Shown: piece after piece, positions 1 to 8,677 of the stretch | Numbering within the stretch: position 1 is the stretch's first letter | Layout of the letters: each line of letters opens with the position of its first letter | Assembly (NCBI GenBank): GCA_964580995.1 | Contig: CAZOMV010000002.1 | Location: forward strand, 38,904 to 102,903 | DNA length: 64,000 nucleotides | Origin: an uncultured Pirellulales bacterium | GTDB taxonomy: Bacteria; Planctomycetota; Phycisphaerae; Sedimentisphaerales; SM23-30 | Direction of reading: 5' to 3' | Program-made: the position numbers and the translations under genes | The notes under the pieces: model-generated | Databases searched by the model: none | What the model was told of the DNA's origin: nothing | The model's input: only the letters and a program-made list of their open reading frames with translations

Positions 1-771
1 CTCCTGGCGCGTCAGGGACTCAAGGGTACGGAACTGCGTATCCGGCAGGAAAATAAGCCGGATCGTGTTGTCACCGGCAGTGAGCTGGAATCCCTGCTAA
101 GCTTGCTTGCCAACGTGGAGGAGCAGTTGCGGATTCTGCAGCATCGGGGTGTTAATATCCAAACGCTGGTTGCTTTGGATAAAGGCGGCCCCACCGGCCT
201 GCCTGCCTATCGCATCATCATCGACGCACAGGAGGAATATCTGCATGGGGAAGAGGAATACAGCCATCGGCGAGCGGAACTGGCCGCTTTGGTGAATGCC
301 GCGGAAGAACAGCAGGCGCCGGTCCCCGGAGTCCTTACCCAGGAACTCCATGAAGTTCATCGGCTCAATGAATTGCGCATGATCCTGGCGGAATATGATA
401 TTCATCCCGAAGATTACTTCCGCCGCATCGAGCAGACCGTGGCGGGAGAACTGCTGCCGACCCGGTTCGCTCTGGTGGATGCGGACGGCAATAGTACAGA
501 TGTGCCCAATCCGCAGTCGATTATCAAAGGAGTTCGGGATCTGGGCAGCCGTGGGATCGAAATCAAACGGTTTAAAGGCCTGGGCGAGATGAATGCCGAA
601 GAACTGTGGGAGACCACCATGAACCCGCAGAAACGGACCCTGCTCCGGGTCAAACTGGAAGATGCCGCCGAAGCAGATCGGCTGTTTTCGATCTTAATGG
701 GGGACAATGTTCCACAGCGGCGCAGCTTTATCGAAGAGCACGCCCTGGAAGTTAAAAACCTGGATGTATAA
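1..771 (+). CDS. gyrB: DNA gyrase subunit B, C-terminal part (5' end lies outside the window)
   Basis: Frame 1 is open from nt 1. The C-terminal sequence [24 protein letters not shown]...[17 protein letters not shown] is the conserved GyrB Toprim/C-terminal tail. Confidence 0.9.
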   Translation, partial: LLARQGLKGTELRIRQENKPDRVVTGSELESLLSLLANVEEQLRILQHRGVNIQTLVALDKGGPTGLPAYRIIIDAQEEYLHGEEEYSHRRAELAALVNAAEEQQAPVPGVLTQELHEVHRLNELRMILAEYDIHPEDYFRRIEQTVAGELLPTRFALVDADGNSTDVPNPQSIIKGVRDLGSRGIEIKRFKGLGEMNAEELWETTMNPQKRTLLRVKLEDAAEADRLFSILMGDNVPQRRSFIEEHALEVKNLDV

Positions 772-806
772 AAAGTACCTGCGAAGATCCCTGTGAGTCG
801 TAGCTG

Positions 807-1607
807 ATGTCTGAAATCTCTGGTGAGTCCATTAAACAGCTTGCCCGCCGGGCTGGCTTCGATCTGGTGGGAATCACTTCTGCTGAACCTCTGGGGCAAG
901 AGTCCTTTTTTCGGAACTGGCTTGCGAAAGGCTTTCAGGGTGACATGCAATACCTCGAGCGAAATATCGAAACGCGCTGCGACCCCCGCCGGCTGGTTTC
1001 CGGAGCCCGCAGCGTCATTTGTACCGCCCTGAGCTATTATACCGAGCCGGAAAATCTCACAGGAAATCCCTCCTGTGGCCGTATCGCCCGCTTCGCCTGG
1101 GGAGAGGACTACCATGTGGTTCTGAAAAAGCAGCTTCGTCTGCTGATGGATGAAATACATGCCCTGACTGGCTACGCCTTCCGAATGCGTTCCTTTGTAG
1201 ATACAGCCCCTGTTTTTGAGAAACTTCTGGCGGCCCGAGCCGGCTTGGGCTGGATCGGGAAAAACAGCCTGCTCATCCACCCGCAATTCGGTTCGTGGCT
1301 GGTGCTGGGGGAAATTGTAACCGATGCCGTTCTGCCCTGTGATATGCCCCTGCCCGATGGTTGCGGCGAATGTACGCGGTGTCTGGAAAACTGCCCTACT
1401 GGGGCACTAGTACAACCCCGGTGTCTCGACGCTCGTCGTTGTATTTCCTATCTGACCCAGGTAACGAAAAAACCGATCCCAGCGGAATTTTCGGACAAAA
1501 TGAAGGGATTTATTTTTGGTTGCGACGTGTGTCAGGATTTTTGTCCCTATAATCAAAAACCAGAACGTCCGAAAGACCCCCGTTTCAACCATAATGGACT
1601 TGTCTGA
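807..1607 (+). CDS. queG: Epoxyqueuosine reductase (tRNA queuosine biosynthesis)
   Basis: It carries two 4Fe-4S ferredoxin motifs (CGECTRCLENCP and CDVCQDFCP). The overall QueG-like sequence includes CISYLT and GWIGKNSLLI. Confidence 0.85.
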   Translation: MSEISGESIKQLARRAGFDLVGITSAEPLGQESFFRNWLAKGFQGDMQYLERNIETRCDPRRLVSGARSVICTALSYYTEPENLTGNPSCGRIARFAWGEDYHVVLKKQLRLLMDEIHALTGYAFRMRSFVDTAPVFEKLLAARAGLGWIGKNSLLIHPQFGSWLVLGEIVTDAVLPCDMPLPDGCGECTRCLENCPTGALVQPRCLDARRCISYLTQVTKKPIPAEFSDKMKGFIFGCDVCQDFCPYNQKPERPKDPRFNHNGLV

Positions 1608-1619
1608 ATTCCGCGCAGC

Positions 1620-1660
1620 AAAAAACCGCCTTATCCTGTACCGAACAAGACGGCTTTTTT
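1620..1660. terminator. Candidate bidirectional intrinsic terminator between convergent queG and hsp20
   Basis: The stem is CCGCCTT / AAGACGG with one mismatch and a loop of about 13 nt. An A6 run precedes it and a T7 run follows it. Confidence 0.45.
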
Positions 1661-1743
1661 ACGTATCACGCAGAACAACTGCGTTGGCTAATGGCTACAT
1701 GATATAATTTTCACTTCGTTTCTTCGCAGAAGCCTCGGCGGTG

Positions 1744-2172
1744 CTATTCGGCAATTTGAATCTTATGTGCCTTGCTCTTTTGGTGTTTTTCCATGGTAAC
1801 TTTCAAAATACCATCCGAAAATGCCGCTTCGACTTTCCCTTCGTCCACCGCTACCGGCAGCCGCACGGCCCGGGCAATCTTCCCCTGGGTGCGTTCACGA
1901 ACGAAGTAGTTATTGTTTTTCTGCTCTTTGTCTTCGTTCCGCTGTGCTTCCAGCAGCAGCACATTGTCTTCCAGGGTAATATTGATTTCATCCCGTTTGA
2001 AGCCGGGAAATTCCGCGTCAATATGGAGCTTGTCATCGTCTTCGTACACATCGATATTCCCTATTTTGTGGCTGGGAAAGTCGCCGCTCCATAAATCGTC
2101 CAGCAATCTGCCAAGATGGTTCCATTGGGTACTGCGAGCTAAAGGATCAAAATTTCTGAGTATGGGTAACAT
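1744..2172 (-). CDS. Small heat-shock protein, Hsp20/alpha-crystallin family
   Basis: The alpha-crystallin domain reads DVYEDDDKLHIDAEFPGFKRDEINITLEDNVLLLEA...AFSDGILKVTMEK. The start is placed at ATG 2172 because AAAGGAG lies 8 nt upstream; the ORF track starts at 2199. Confidence 0.9.
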   Translation of the reverse strand: MLPILRNFDPLARSTQWNHLGRLLDDLWSGDFPSHKIGNIDVYEDDDKLHIDAEFPGFKRDEINITLEDNVLLLEAQRNEDKEQKNNNYFVRERTQGKIARAVRLPVAVDEGKVEAAFSDGILKVTMEKHQKSKAHKIQIAE

Positions 2173-2299
2173 AGTAATCACTCCTTTCAATCTTCTCAAA
2201 AATCTCTACTTTTTCCATTTCACTGCCTCAGTTGTGGCCACATCTGACGGCTTATATTCTTTCCGGCTCAGGCCCTTTGACCTTGCCAATTATCTAGTT

Positions 2300-2316
2300 A
2301 GCAAAAAGCGTGCCAA
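2300..2316 (-). promoter_or_regulatory. Sigma-54 (-24/-12) type promoter candidate for hsp20
   Basis: The minus strand reads TTGGCACGCTTTTTGCT, which matches TGGCAC-N5-TTGCW with exact spacing. It lies about 130 nt upstream of the hsp20 ATG. Confidence 0.45.
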
Positions 2317-2540
2317 AAATCTAAAAACACGGTAAATCCAGTGGAAATAACGATTTAAAACAAGACTGACTATAAAGCTGCTACCCAAATAATTCATAAA
2401 TACCCTGCCAATATGGCATGGTTTTGTCTGCTGGCGTATTTTTTAATCCAGTTCTAACCTGTTTTCCCTTGTTTGAATTCAAAAAATCTGTTACAAAATA
2501 GTATGAAGAGGCACCACTGCCTGTAAAGGATGATTTTGCC

Positions 2541-3170
2541 ATGCTTGCGGCTCAATCGGCATTGGATTGTCAGGTCTTAGTCCTGAACAAACATTACATG
2601 GCCATTCGGGTGGTCAATGTAAAGCGGGCCTTCTCTCTGCTTTTTCGCAACATGGCCGAAGTGGTTCTCTATGAGCATGGCAAGTACAGTAATCACAATA
2701 TCCAAAACTGGCTGGAACTGTCCCAGCTGAAAAGTCAGTTCGAGCCGGATGCCCACGACTGGATTCACACCATCCATATCAGCATCGCCGTTCCCCGGAT
2801 CGTCCGGCTGCTCTTTTACGACCATTTACCCCGCCGTGATGTTACCTTTAACCGCCGCAACATCTACGGGCGGGACCAAAACCGTTGCCAGTATTGCGGT
2901 AAACGCTTCCCAACCAATGAATTAAGCCTCGACCACGTCATCCCCCGCAGCATGGGCGGCCAGTCCAACTGGGAAAATATTGTTTGTGCCTGCCTGAAAT
3001 GTAATGTCAAAAAAGGCGGCCAGACTCCCACCCAGGCTCATATGAAACTAATCACCAAACCCCTCAAACCCAAACACAGCCCCGTCCTCAATATCAATCT
3101 GGGTGACAGCCGCTACCATTCCTGGAAGCAATTCCTCGATCATGCCTACTGGTCCGTCGAACTGAAATAA
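2541..3170 (+). CDS. HNH endonuclease (McrA-like conserved family)
   Basis: The HNH/zinc motif is CQYCGKRF...LSLDHVIPRSMGGQSNWENIVCACLKCNVKKGG. The N-terminal VLVLNKHYMAIRVVNVKRAFSLL region is typical of this family. Confidence 0.8.
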   Translation: MLAAQSALDCQVLVLNKHYMAIRVVNVKRAFSLLFRNMAEVVLYEHGKYSNHNIQNWLELSQLKSQFEPDAHDWIHTIHISIAVPRIVRLLFYDHLPRRDVTFNRRNIYGRDQNRCQYCGKRFPTNELSLDHVIPRSMGGQSNWENIVCACLKCNVKKGGQTPTQAHMKLITKPLKPKHSPVLNINLGDSRYHSWKQFLDHAYWSVELK

Positions 3171-3232
3171 TATTTCCCCTTCAGGATGATTTTCGGTAAA
3201 ATCCACTATTTCGCGTTTAGAAAGGAATTGCC

Positions 3233-4858
3233 ATGCGCAAAGCTGTGGAATTGGATCGCCGTTACCTGGCTCGCTTTGATACCCGTTCACTGGGTCACTT
3301 ATATACCGATTGTCTGATTGTTGGAGCCGGAGTAGCTGGTCTCCGTGCCGCTCTCAGCGCCAGCCAGGCAGGACAGGTTCTGGTTCTGGTCAAGGCCCAC
3401 GGCAGTGACAGCAATACCTATCATGCCCAGGGCGGGATCGCTGCCGCCTTCGATCCCGGCGACAGCGTGGCATCCCATGTCGCCGATACCCTCAAAACCG
3501 GCTGCGGATTGTGTGACCGGGAGGTGGTGGAACTGGTTATTGGGGATAGTGCCCATCAAATTCGCCAGTTGCAGCAGTGGTCCATGCCTTTCGATACCCG
3601 CGACGGCAAAATCGACGCCGGTCGGGAAGGCGGTCACAGCTATTCGCGGGTCTATCATGCCTTGGGTGACGCAACCGGCAAGGCAGTCTTTCTGACGCTG
3701 ATGGAACAGGCCAAAAAAAACAAAAATATAAAAATATTCGAAAACTGTTTTGTGGTCGATTTGCTCACAGAGAATAAAAATTGTCTGGGTGTGGTTTGTT
3801 TTCATCCGAAGTACGGCTGGCAGTGTATCTGGGCGCGTAAAACCATACTCGCCAGCGGCGGCGCGGGCCAACTCTATCGCGAAACCACGAACCCCGCCAG
3901 TGCCACCGCTGATGGTCTGGCCATGGCCTATCGCGCCGGGGTAATCCTGACCGATATGGAGTTCATGCAGTTTCATCCCACTACCCTCTATATCGCCGGG
4001 GCTACCCGAACCCTCGTTACCGAAGCCATGCGCGGCGAGGGTGCGTATCTGGTTGACCGCAAGGGCAACCGGTTCATGAAGGAATATCACGAAATGGCCG
4101 AACTGGCTCCCCGGGACATCGTCTCCCGCATGATTTACAACCACATGGCCAAAACCAACGCCACCAATGTCTTTCTTGATGTCCGTCATTTCGGCAGCGC
4201 CTGGCTGGCCGAGAGATTCCCCACCATCAGCGAACTTTGCAAAAGCTTCGATATCGACGTCGATAATGATCTGATCCCCGTCCGTCCCAGTGCCCATTAC
4301 ATGATCGGCGGCGTGAAAACCGATATTCAGGGACGCACCGCGATTGCCAACCTGTACTGCTGTGGGGAAGCCTCCGCCACCGGATTGCACGGCAGTAATC
4401 GGCTTGCCAGCAATTCCCTCCTGGAAGGCCTGGTGTTCGGGCAGATCTGCGGCGAAAATGCCGCTCAGGAAATCGCCTGCACGGGCGGCAAAATCGAACA
4501 CAGCCACCTGATTTCCGACGTCCCCGTTTCCCAACGGACGCGGCTGGATGTGGTGGATGTGACGAATTCGCTGCGGGCGGTGATGTGGCGGAATGTCGGC
4601 ATCGAGCGGCAGGGCGACCGCCTGGCGGAAACCATCGAAATCATCGATTTCTGGCGCCGCTATGTTATGGACAAAGTCTTCGATACCCCGGACGGCTGGC
4701 AGTGCCAGAATATGCTGACGGTTTGTAAATGGATGGCAGATAGCGCTTTACTTAGAAAGGAAAGCCGCGGCGTTCATTATCGGATCGATTATCCGGAGCT
4801 GGATGAGCGAAATTTTGGCAGGCATCTGGATATTCCTGCCACGCAGATTTACGGCTGA
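3233..4858 (+). CDS. nadB: L-aspartate oxidase (NAD biosynthesis)
   Basis: It has an FAD dinucleotide fold (DCLIVGAGVAGLRAAL). HAQGGIAAA and the RGEGA..PRD region are succinate-dehydrogenase/fumarate-reductase-flavoprotein-like NadB motifs. Confidence 0.9.
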   Translation: MRKAVELDRRYLARFDTRSLGHLYTDCLIVGAGVAGLRAALSASQAGQVLVLVKAHGSDSNTYHAQGGIAAAFDPGDSVASHVADTLKTGCGLCDREVVELVIGDSAHQIRQLQQWSMPFDTRDGKIDAGREGGHSYSRVYHALGDATGKAVFLTLMEQAKKNKNIKIFENCFVVDLLTENKNCLGVVCFHPKYGWQCIWARKTILASGGAGQLYRETTNPASATADGLAMAYRAGVILTDMEFMQFHPTTLYIAGATRTLVTEAMRGEGAYLVDRKGNRFMKEYHEMAELAPRDIVSRMIYNHMAKTNATNVFLDVRHFGSAWLAERFPTISELCKSFDIDVDNDLIPVRPSAHYMIGGVKTDIQGRTAIANLYCCGEASATGLHGSNRLASNSLLEGLVFGQICGENAAQEIACTGGKIEHSHLISDVPVSQRTRLDVVDVTNSLRAVMWRNVGIERQGDRLAETIEIIDFWRRYVMDKVFDTPDGWQCQNMLTVCKWMADSALLRKESRGVHYRIDYPELDERNFGRHLDIPATQIYG

Positions 4859-4931
4859 AAATTTGGTGTAATCGGCCTTTTGTGGCAGCCGGGGGCCATA
4901 GAAATGAAGCCCAATTCATTCGTTGCCAGGG

Positions 4932-6359
4932 TCACGGTTTCTCCCGCACTGTCTCCAGAATATTCACCTGCCCCCGCCGCGCCAGATCAATCGACTCCGC
5001 CAGAATCCGCGCTGACTCCTGCGCCGCATGAAATCCCGTGGAATTCTCCGCCGATATATAATCCAGCCGCCAGAAGGCCTTGCGGTGAAAATCCCGCGCC
5101 GCCGCTAACTGCTCCTCGCTGGCCCCCGCCTTTTGCGCCGCTTCAATAGCACCAATTAAATCCAGCACCGCCTCTTCCGCCTGGCTGAGCAGCGCCGCCG
5201 TCTTGTCCTGGATCGCCTCCGCCCGGGCCTTCAGCTCCGCCTCCTCAAAATGGTGGCAGGTTTGACAGGCCCGGTTCACATTCAGCAGCGGGCTGCGCAC
5301 ATGATGGTCGCTCACCTTCACCGCTCCCACCCGCATATAAGGCATATGGCAATCGGCGCAGGCCACCCCGCTGCGGGCATGGATCCCCTGGTTCCACAAC
5401 TCAAACTCCGGATGCTGCGCCTTCAGCAGCGGCGCCCCGCTGAGCTGGTGCGTCCAGTCCTGGAACTTTACCTCCTCGTAATACTTCTCACTCTGCTCCA
5501 CTTTCAGCCCGTTATGCCACGGATAGGTCAGCGTCTTCTTCTCCCCCTTGAAATAATACTCCACATGGCACTGCCCGCACACAAACGACCGCATCTCCTG
5601 CCGGCTGGCCATGGTATTGGCGTCATACTCCCCTTTCTTCTCCTTCCGCCACCGCTCGATACTGGCAAACTGCGGCAGGGGATACTCACTATTCGCCAGT
5701 GCCAGGATTCCGTTGATAAAGCCCGGCCGCGTTACCCGCAACTGCATGGTCGCCGGATCGTGGCAGTCCAGACACGTAATCGGATGGCTCACCAGCTTTC
5801 GCGCCTCCGCATAGGGCATCGCGCACACCGCCTCAAAGCCCGCCATAATCTGCTGCGACGGCTGATCGTCCGGAATCCCTGCTTCTTTCCCCGCCTGCCG
5901 ATAGGCCGGGATCACCGACGCATGACAATGCAGACAGGCTCCCGGCTGCTTAAACTCGCTGATCCGCCGGGTCTCATCCTGATCCGACAGCATATACGCA
6001 TGTCCCCGCTCCTCCCGGTAATCCACCCCGAACCCATACCCCATGAACAGGGTTACCCACCGCGGGTCCGCCTCCAGCTTGCCGAACGCCTCGCTGCCGC
6101 CGTGCTTGGTCCGCTCGATATCTACCGTCCGGCGGTAACTGTCATACTGAAAGGAAAAATTCTTCCCCCATACCTCCGGGTCCAGCGTATTCTCATCAAG
6201 CTGCACCACCGGGAAATAATACTGCCGGGCCTCCTCCTTTCGCTGCCGCACGTTCTCCAGCAGCAGAAACACCGAAAACGTGACAACCACCGCCAGAATA
6301 AATACCACCAGCAGCACAAAATATTTCATACCGGACTTACGGCTTGTTTCAGATGACAT
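4932..6359 (-). CDS. nrfA: Pentaheme cytochrome c nitrite reductase (ammonia-forming), NrfA family
   Basis: Five heme-binding motifs are present: CLHCH, CLDCH, CGQCHVEYYF, CADCHMPY and CQTCH. There is an N-terminal TM/signal segment. The start is placed at ATG 6359 with GGAG 7 nt upstream; the ORF track starts at 6491. Confidence 0.85.
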   Translation of the reverse strand: MSSETSRKSGMKYFVLLVVFILAVVVTFSVFLLLENVRQRKEEARQYYFPVVQLDENTLDPEVWGKNFSFQYDSYRRTVDIERTKHGGSEAFGKLEADPRWVTLFMGYGFGVDYREERGHAYMLSDQDETRRISEFKQPGACLHCHASVIPAYRQAGKEAGIPDDQPSQQIMAGFEAVCAMPYAEARKLVSHPITCLDCHDPATMQLRVTRPGFINGILALANSEYPLPQFASIERWRKEKKGEYDANTMASRQEMRSFVCGQCHVEYYFKGEKKTLTYPWHNGLKVEQSEKYYEEVKFQDWTHQLSGAPLLKAQHPEFELWNQGIHARSGVACADCHMPYMRVGAVKVSDHHVRSPLLNVNRACQTCHHFEEAELKARAEAIQDKTAALLSQAEEAVLDLIGAIEAAQKAGASEEQLAAARDFHRKAFWRLDYISAENSTGFHAAQESARILAESIDLARRGQVNILETVREKP

Positions 6360-6373
6360 TCGAAACTCCTTTT

Positions 6374-6862
6374 TTATCGCGACGGCCCGTGCCCGACTCC
6401 GTCGTGACAGCGGACACAGTTCAACTGGTCCAGATCCCCGCCCAGATGCGCGGTGATCCCGGAAACCATTTCCTGGTGGCAACGATAACAATTCTTGTTC
6501 AATACCCGATTATTTTTCTCATGTATCCGGATCGGCTCATGAAACTCCTGCAAGGTGAACGCCTTGGAATGATGATACCCGTTTTCGGCTTTACAAAGGT
6601 ACTTCCCGAAAAACTCCGCCGGCAAATGACAATCGTTACAGTTCGCCGCCGCATGATGGCTGGCGTGCTGCCACCCCGCGTACTGCTCCCGCATAATGTG
6701 GCAGTTCACGCAAACCTCCGGCTCATCCGACATATAGGAAAATCCCTGCGCATAAAAAAACGTATATCCGCCCAGCCCGGCCGCCATTCCCAGCACCACG
6801 ATCAGGCCAACCGACAGGGCCAACACCTTGTCTGCCCGCTTCTGATTTCGCTCTCGGCCCAT
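6374..6862 (-). CDS. nrfH: Tetraheme cytochrome c quinol dehydrogenase, NrfH/NapC/NirT family
   Basis: It has an N-terminal TM helix and four CXXCH motifs (CVNCH, CNDCH, CYRCH, CVRCH). Its stop codon ends 14 nt upstream of the nrfA start codon. Confidence 0.85.
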   Translation of the reverse strand: MGRERNQKRADKVLALSVGLIVVLGMAAGLGGYTFFYAQGFSYMSDEPEVCVNCHIMREQYAGWQHASHHAAANCNDCHLPAEFFGKYLCKAENGYHHSKAFTLQEFHEPIRIHEKNNRVLNKNCYRCHQEMVSGITAHLGGDLDQLNCVRCHDGVGHGPSR

Positions 6863-6985
6863 AAAAAAATGTCCACACGTGTTAAGATAACGTTCCTAAC
6901 TAATCGTCCACGATAGTACCACGAAAGCCCTCTTTGCTCAATTTATTTTATAGAAAACATAACAAACGGGATTTCCAACCCAAAA

Positions 6986-7087
6986 TCACCCTTTCCGGCG
7001 GGTCAGAAATACAAAAACGATCAGGGCCACCACCACCACCACCACCACTTCACCCGGCCCCAGCAAAACTCCTACTATACTTTCCAT
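6986..7087 (-). CDS. Candidate 33-aa single-pass membrane peptide (MESIVGVLLGPGEVVVVVVVALIVFVFLTRRKG)
   Basis: I translated this by hand because it is below the 60-aa cutoff of the ORF track. The ATG is preceded by GGAG at a 5-nt spacing. The hydrophobic core is encoded by (GTG)7, and the ORF is co-directional with nrfHA, 123 nt upstream. Confidence 0.3.
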   Translation of the reverse strand: MESIVGVLLGPGEVVVVVVVALIVFVFLTRRKG

Positions 7088-7280
7088 CAAAACTCCAAAA
7101 AATCCTGTTTTCGCACTACCTGCCGCTTTATACTCGATTCTCTCCCGGTTGTATAGTCCCCATACGAGAGAACCCCGTTTTTTTGGTATTTCTTTTGACG
7201 GCCCAGCCCCAAACCGGTAATATACTATGTTTGTTTTGCCGCCAAGGCAGTTTAGAATACTCTATACCAAAACCGGATAC

Positions 7281-8606
7281 ATGGACGGAATTATGATAAT
7301 CAAAGCATTCCAGGGTTTTCGCTATAATCCCGGCGTCGTCGGCGATCCCGGCCTGTGCATCGCGCCCCCGTATGACGTCATCGACGCCGACCACCAGCAG
7401 CGCCTCTACCAACAGGCCCCATACAATATCATCCGCATCAGCAAGGGAAAAACCTTTACCGCCGACAACCATTCCGACAATGTCTATACCCGCGCCAACG
7501 CCTTTCTCCGCGACTTCATCCGCCAGGGCGCCTTAAAACAGGACGAAAAAGATTCCATCTACGTCTATGCCCAGGATTTCACCATCGGCGATACCTCCTA
7601 TCGCCGCACCGGCTTCATCGCCCTGGGCGAACTCCAGGACTACGGCGGCGCCGTCAAGCCCCACGAGCAAACTCTCGCCGGCCCCAAGGCCGACCGGCTC
7701 CATCTCACCCGCGCCACCAAAACCCAGATCGGCCAGATCTTCATGATGTACAGCGATCCGGCCAAAACCATCGATGCCATCCTCGAGCAGGTCTGCCGGG
7801 GCCAGGAACTCCTTCGCCATATCGACGAGGACCAGGTCACCCACCGCCTCTACGCCCTGACCGATCCCACTCACATCGCCGCCCTCCAAAACGTCATGGC
7901 CGAAAAAGATGTCTTCATCGCCGACGGCCACCATCGCTACGAAACCGCCGTCAATTACTACCACGAAACCGGCAATCCCGCCGCTGCCTTCCAGATGATG
8001 GCCTTCGTCAATATGCACAACGAAGGCCTGATCGTCCTGCCCACCCACCGCCTCCTCCGCGATCTGCCCGATTTCGAGCCCGCCCGCCTCCTCGACAACC
8101 TGAAAAACTTCTTCGACGTCGCCCGCCTGTCCTACGGCGATATGGTCGAAAAATCGGAAAAATGCCAGATGATGCAGGACGCCCTCACCGTGGAATTCGA
8201 AACCGGCCAGCACGCCTTCGGCATGTATTTCAACGACGGCGCCTTCTATGTCGCCACCCTCCGCGACCTGGCCCCCATGGAAACCGTCGCGCCCAGCTAC
8301 GGTCCGGCCTGGCGGCAACTGGACGTCGCTATCCTGCACAAGCTCATCCTCGAAAATATGCTGGGCATCGGCGAAGAAGCCCTCACCAAAGAAAGCTACC
8401 TCGAATACATCAAGGATTTCGGCGACGCCACCGCCCGGGCCATCGACCAGGTGGACGCCGGCCAGGCCCAGGGCCTCTTCTTTCTCAATCCCACCCGCGT
8501 GGCCGAGGTGGAGGCCGTCGTGGCCGAAGGCGAAAAAATGCCCCAGAAATCCACCTTCTTTTTTCCCAAGATCTTCACCGGCCTGGTCCTAAATGTCTTA
8601 GGGTAA
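7281..8606 (+). CDS. DUF1015 domain-containing protein
   Basis: The N-terminus IKAFQGFRYNPGVV...APPYDVI and the ADGHHRYETA motif are typical of DUF1015. The start is ambiguous among 7227, 7281 and 7293. Confidence 0.8.
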   Translation: MDGIMIIKAFQGFRYNPGVVGDPGLCIAPPYDVIDADHQQRLYQQAPYNIIRISKGKTFTADNHSDNVYTRANAFLRDFIRQGALKQDEKDSIYVYAQDFTIGDTSYRRTGFIALGELQDYGGAVKPHEQTLAGPKADRLHLTRATKTQIGQIFMMYSDPAKTIDAILEQVCRGQELLRHIDEDQVTHRLYALTDPTHIAALQNVMAEKDVFIADGHHRYETAVNYYHETGNPAAAFQMMAFVNMHNEGLIVLPTHRLLRDLPDFEPARLLDNLKNFFDVARLSYGDMVEKSEKCQMMQDALTVEFETGQHAFGMYFNDGAFYVATLRDLAPMETVAPSYGPAWRQLDVAILHKLILENMLGIGEEALTKESYLEYIKDFGDATARAIDQVDAGQAQGLFFLNPTRVAEVEAVVAEGEKMPQKSTFFFPKIFTGLVLNVLG

Positions 8607-8677
8607 ACCCGGTCTTCCGGTTATCATAAGGAATAGCAAGTTTTCAAAATTTTTACATGAGGTAAAGGAGATTAAAC

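Noticed and set aside
6934-7296. A 120-aa plus-strand ORF with a poly-Pro run (GPPPPPPPLHP).
   Set aside because: The poly-Pro run is just the CCA microsatellite read on the opposite strand from the small poly-Val ORF. The ORF crosses a divergent promoter region into the DUF1015 gene start and has no supporting motif.
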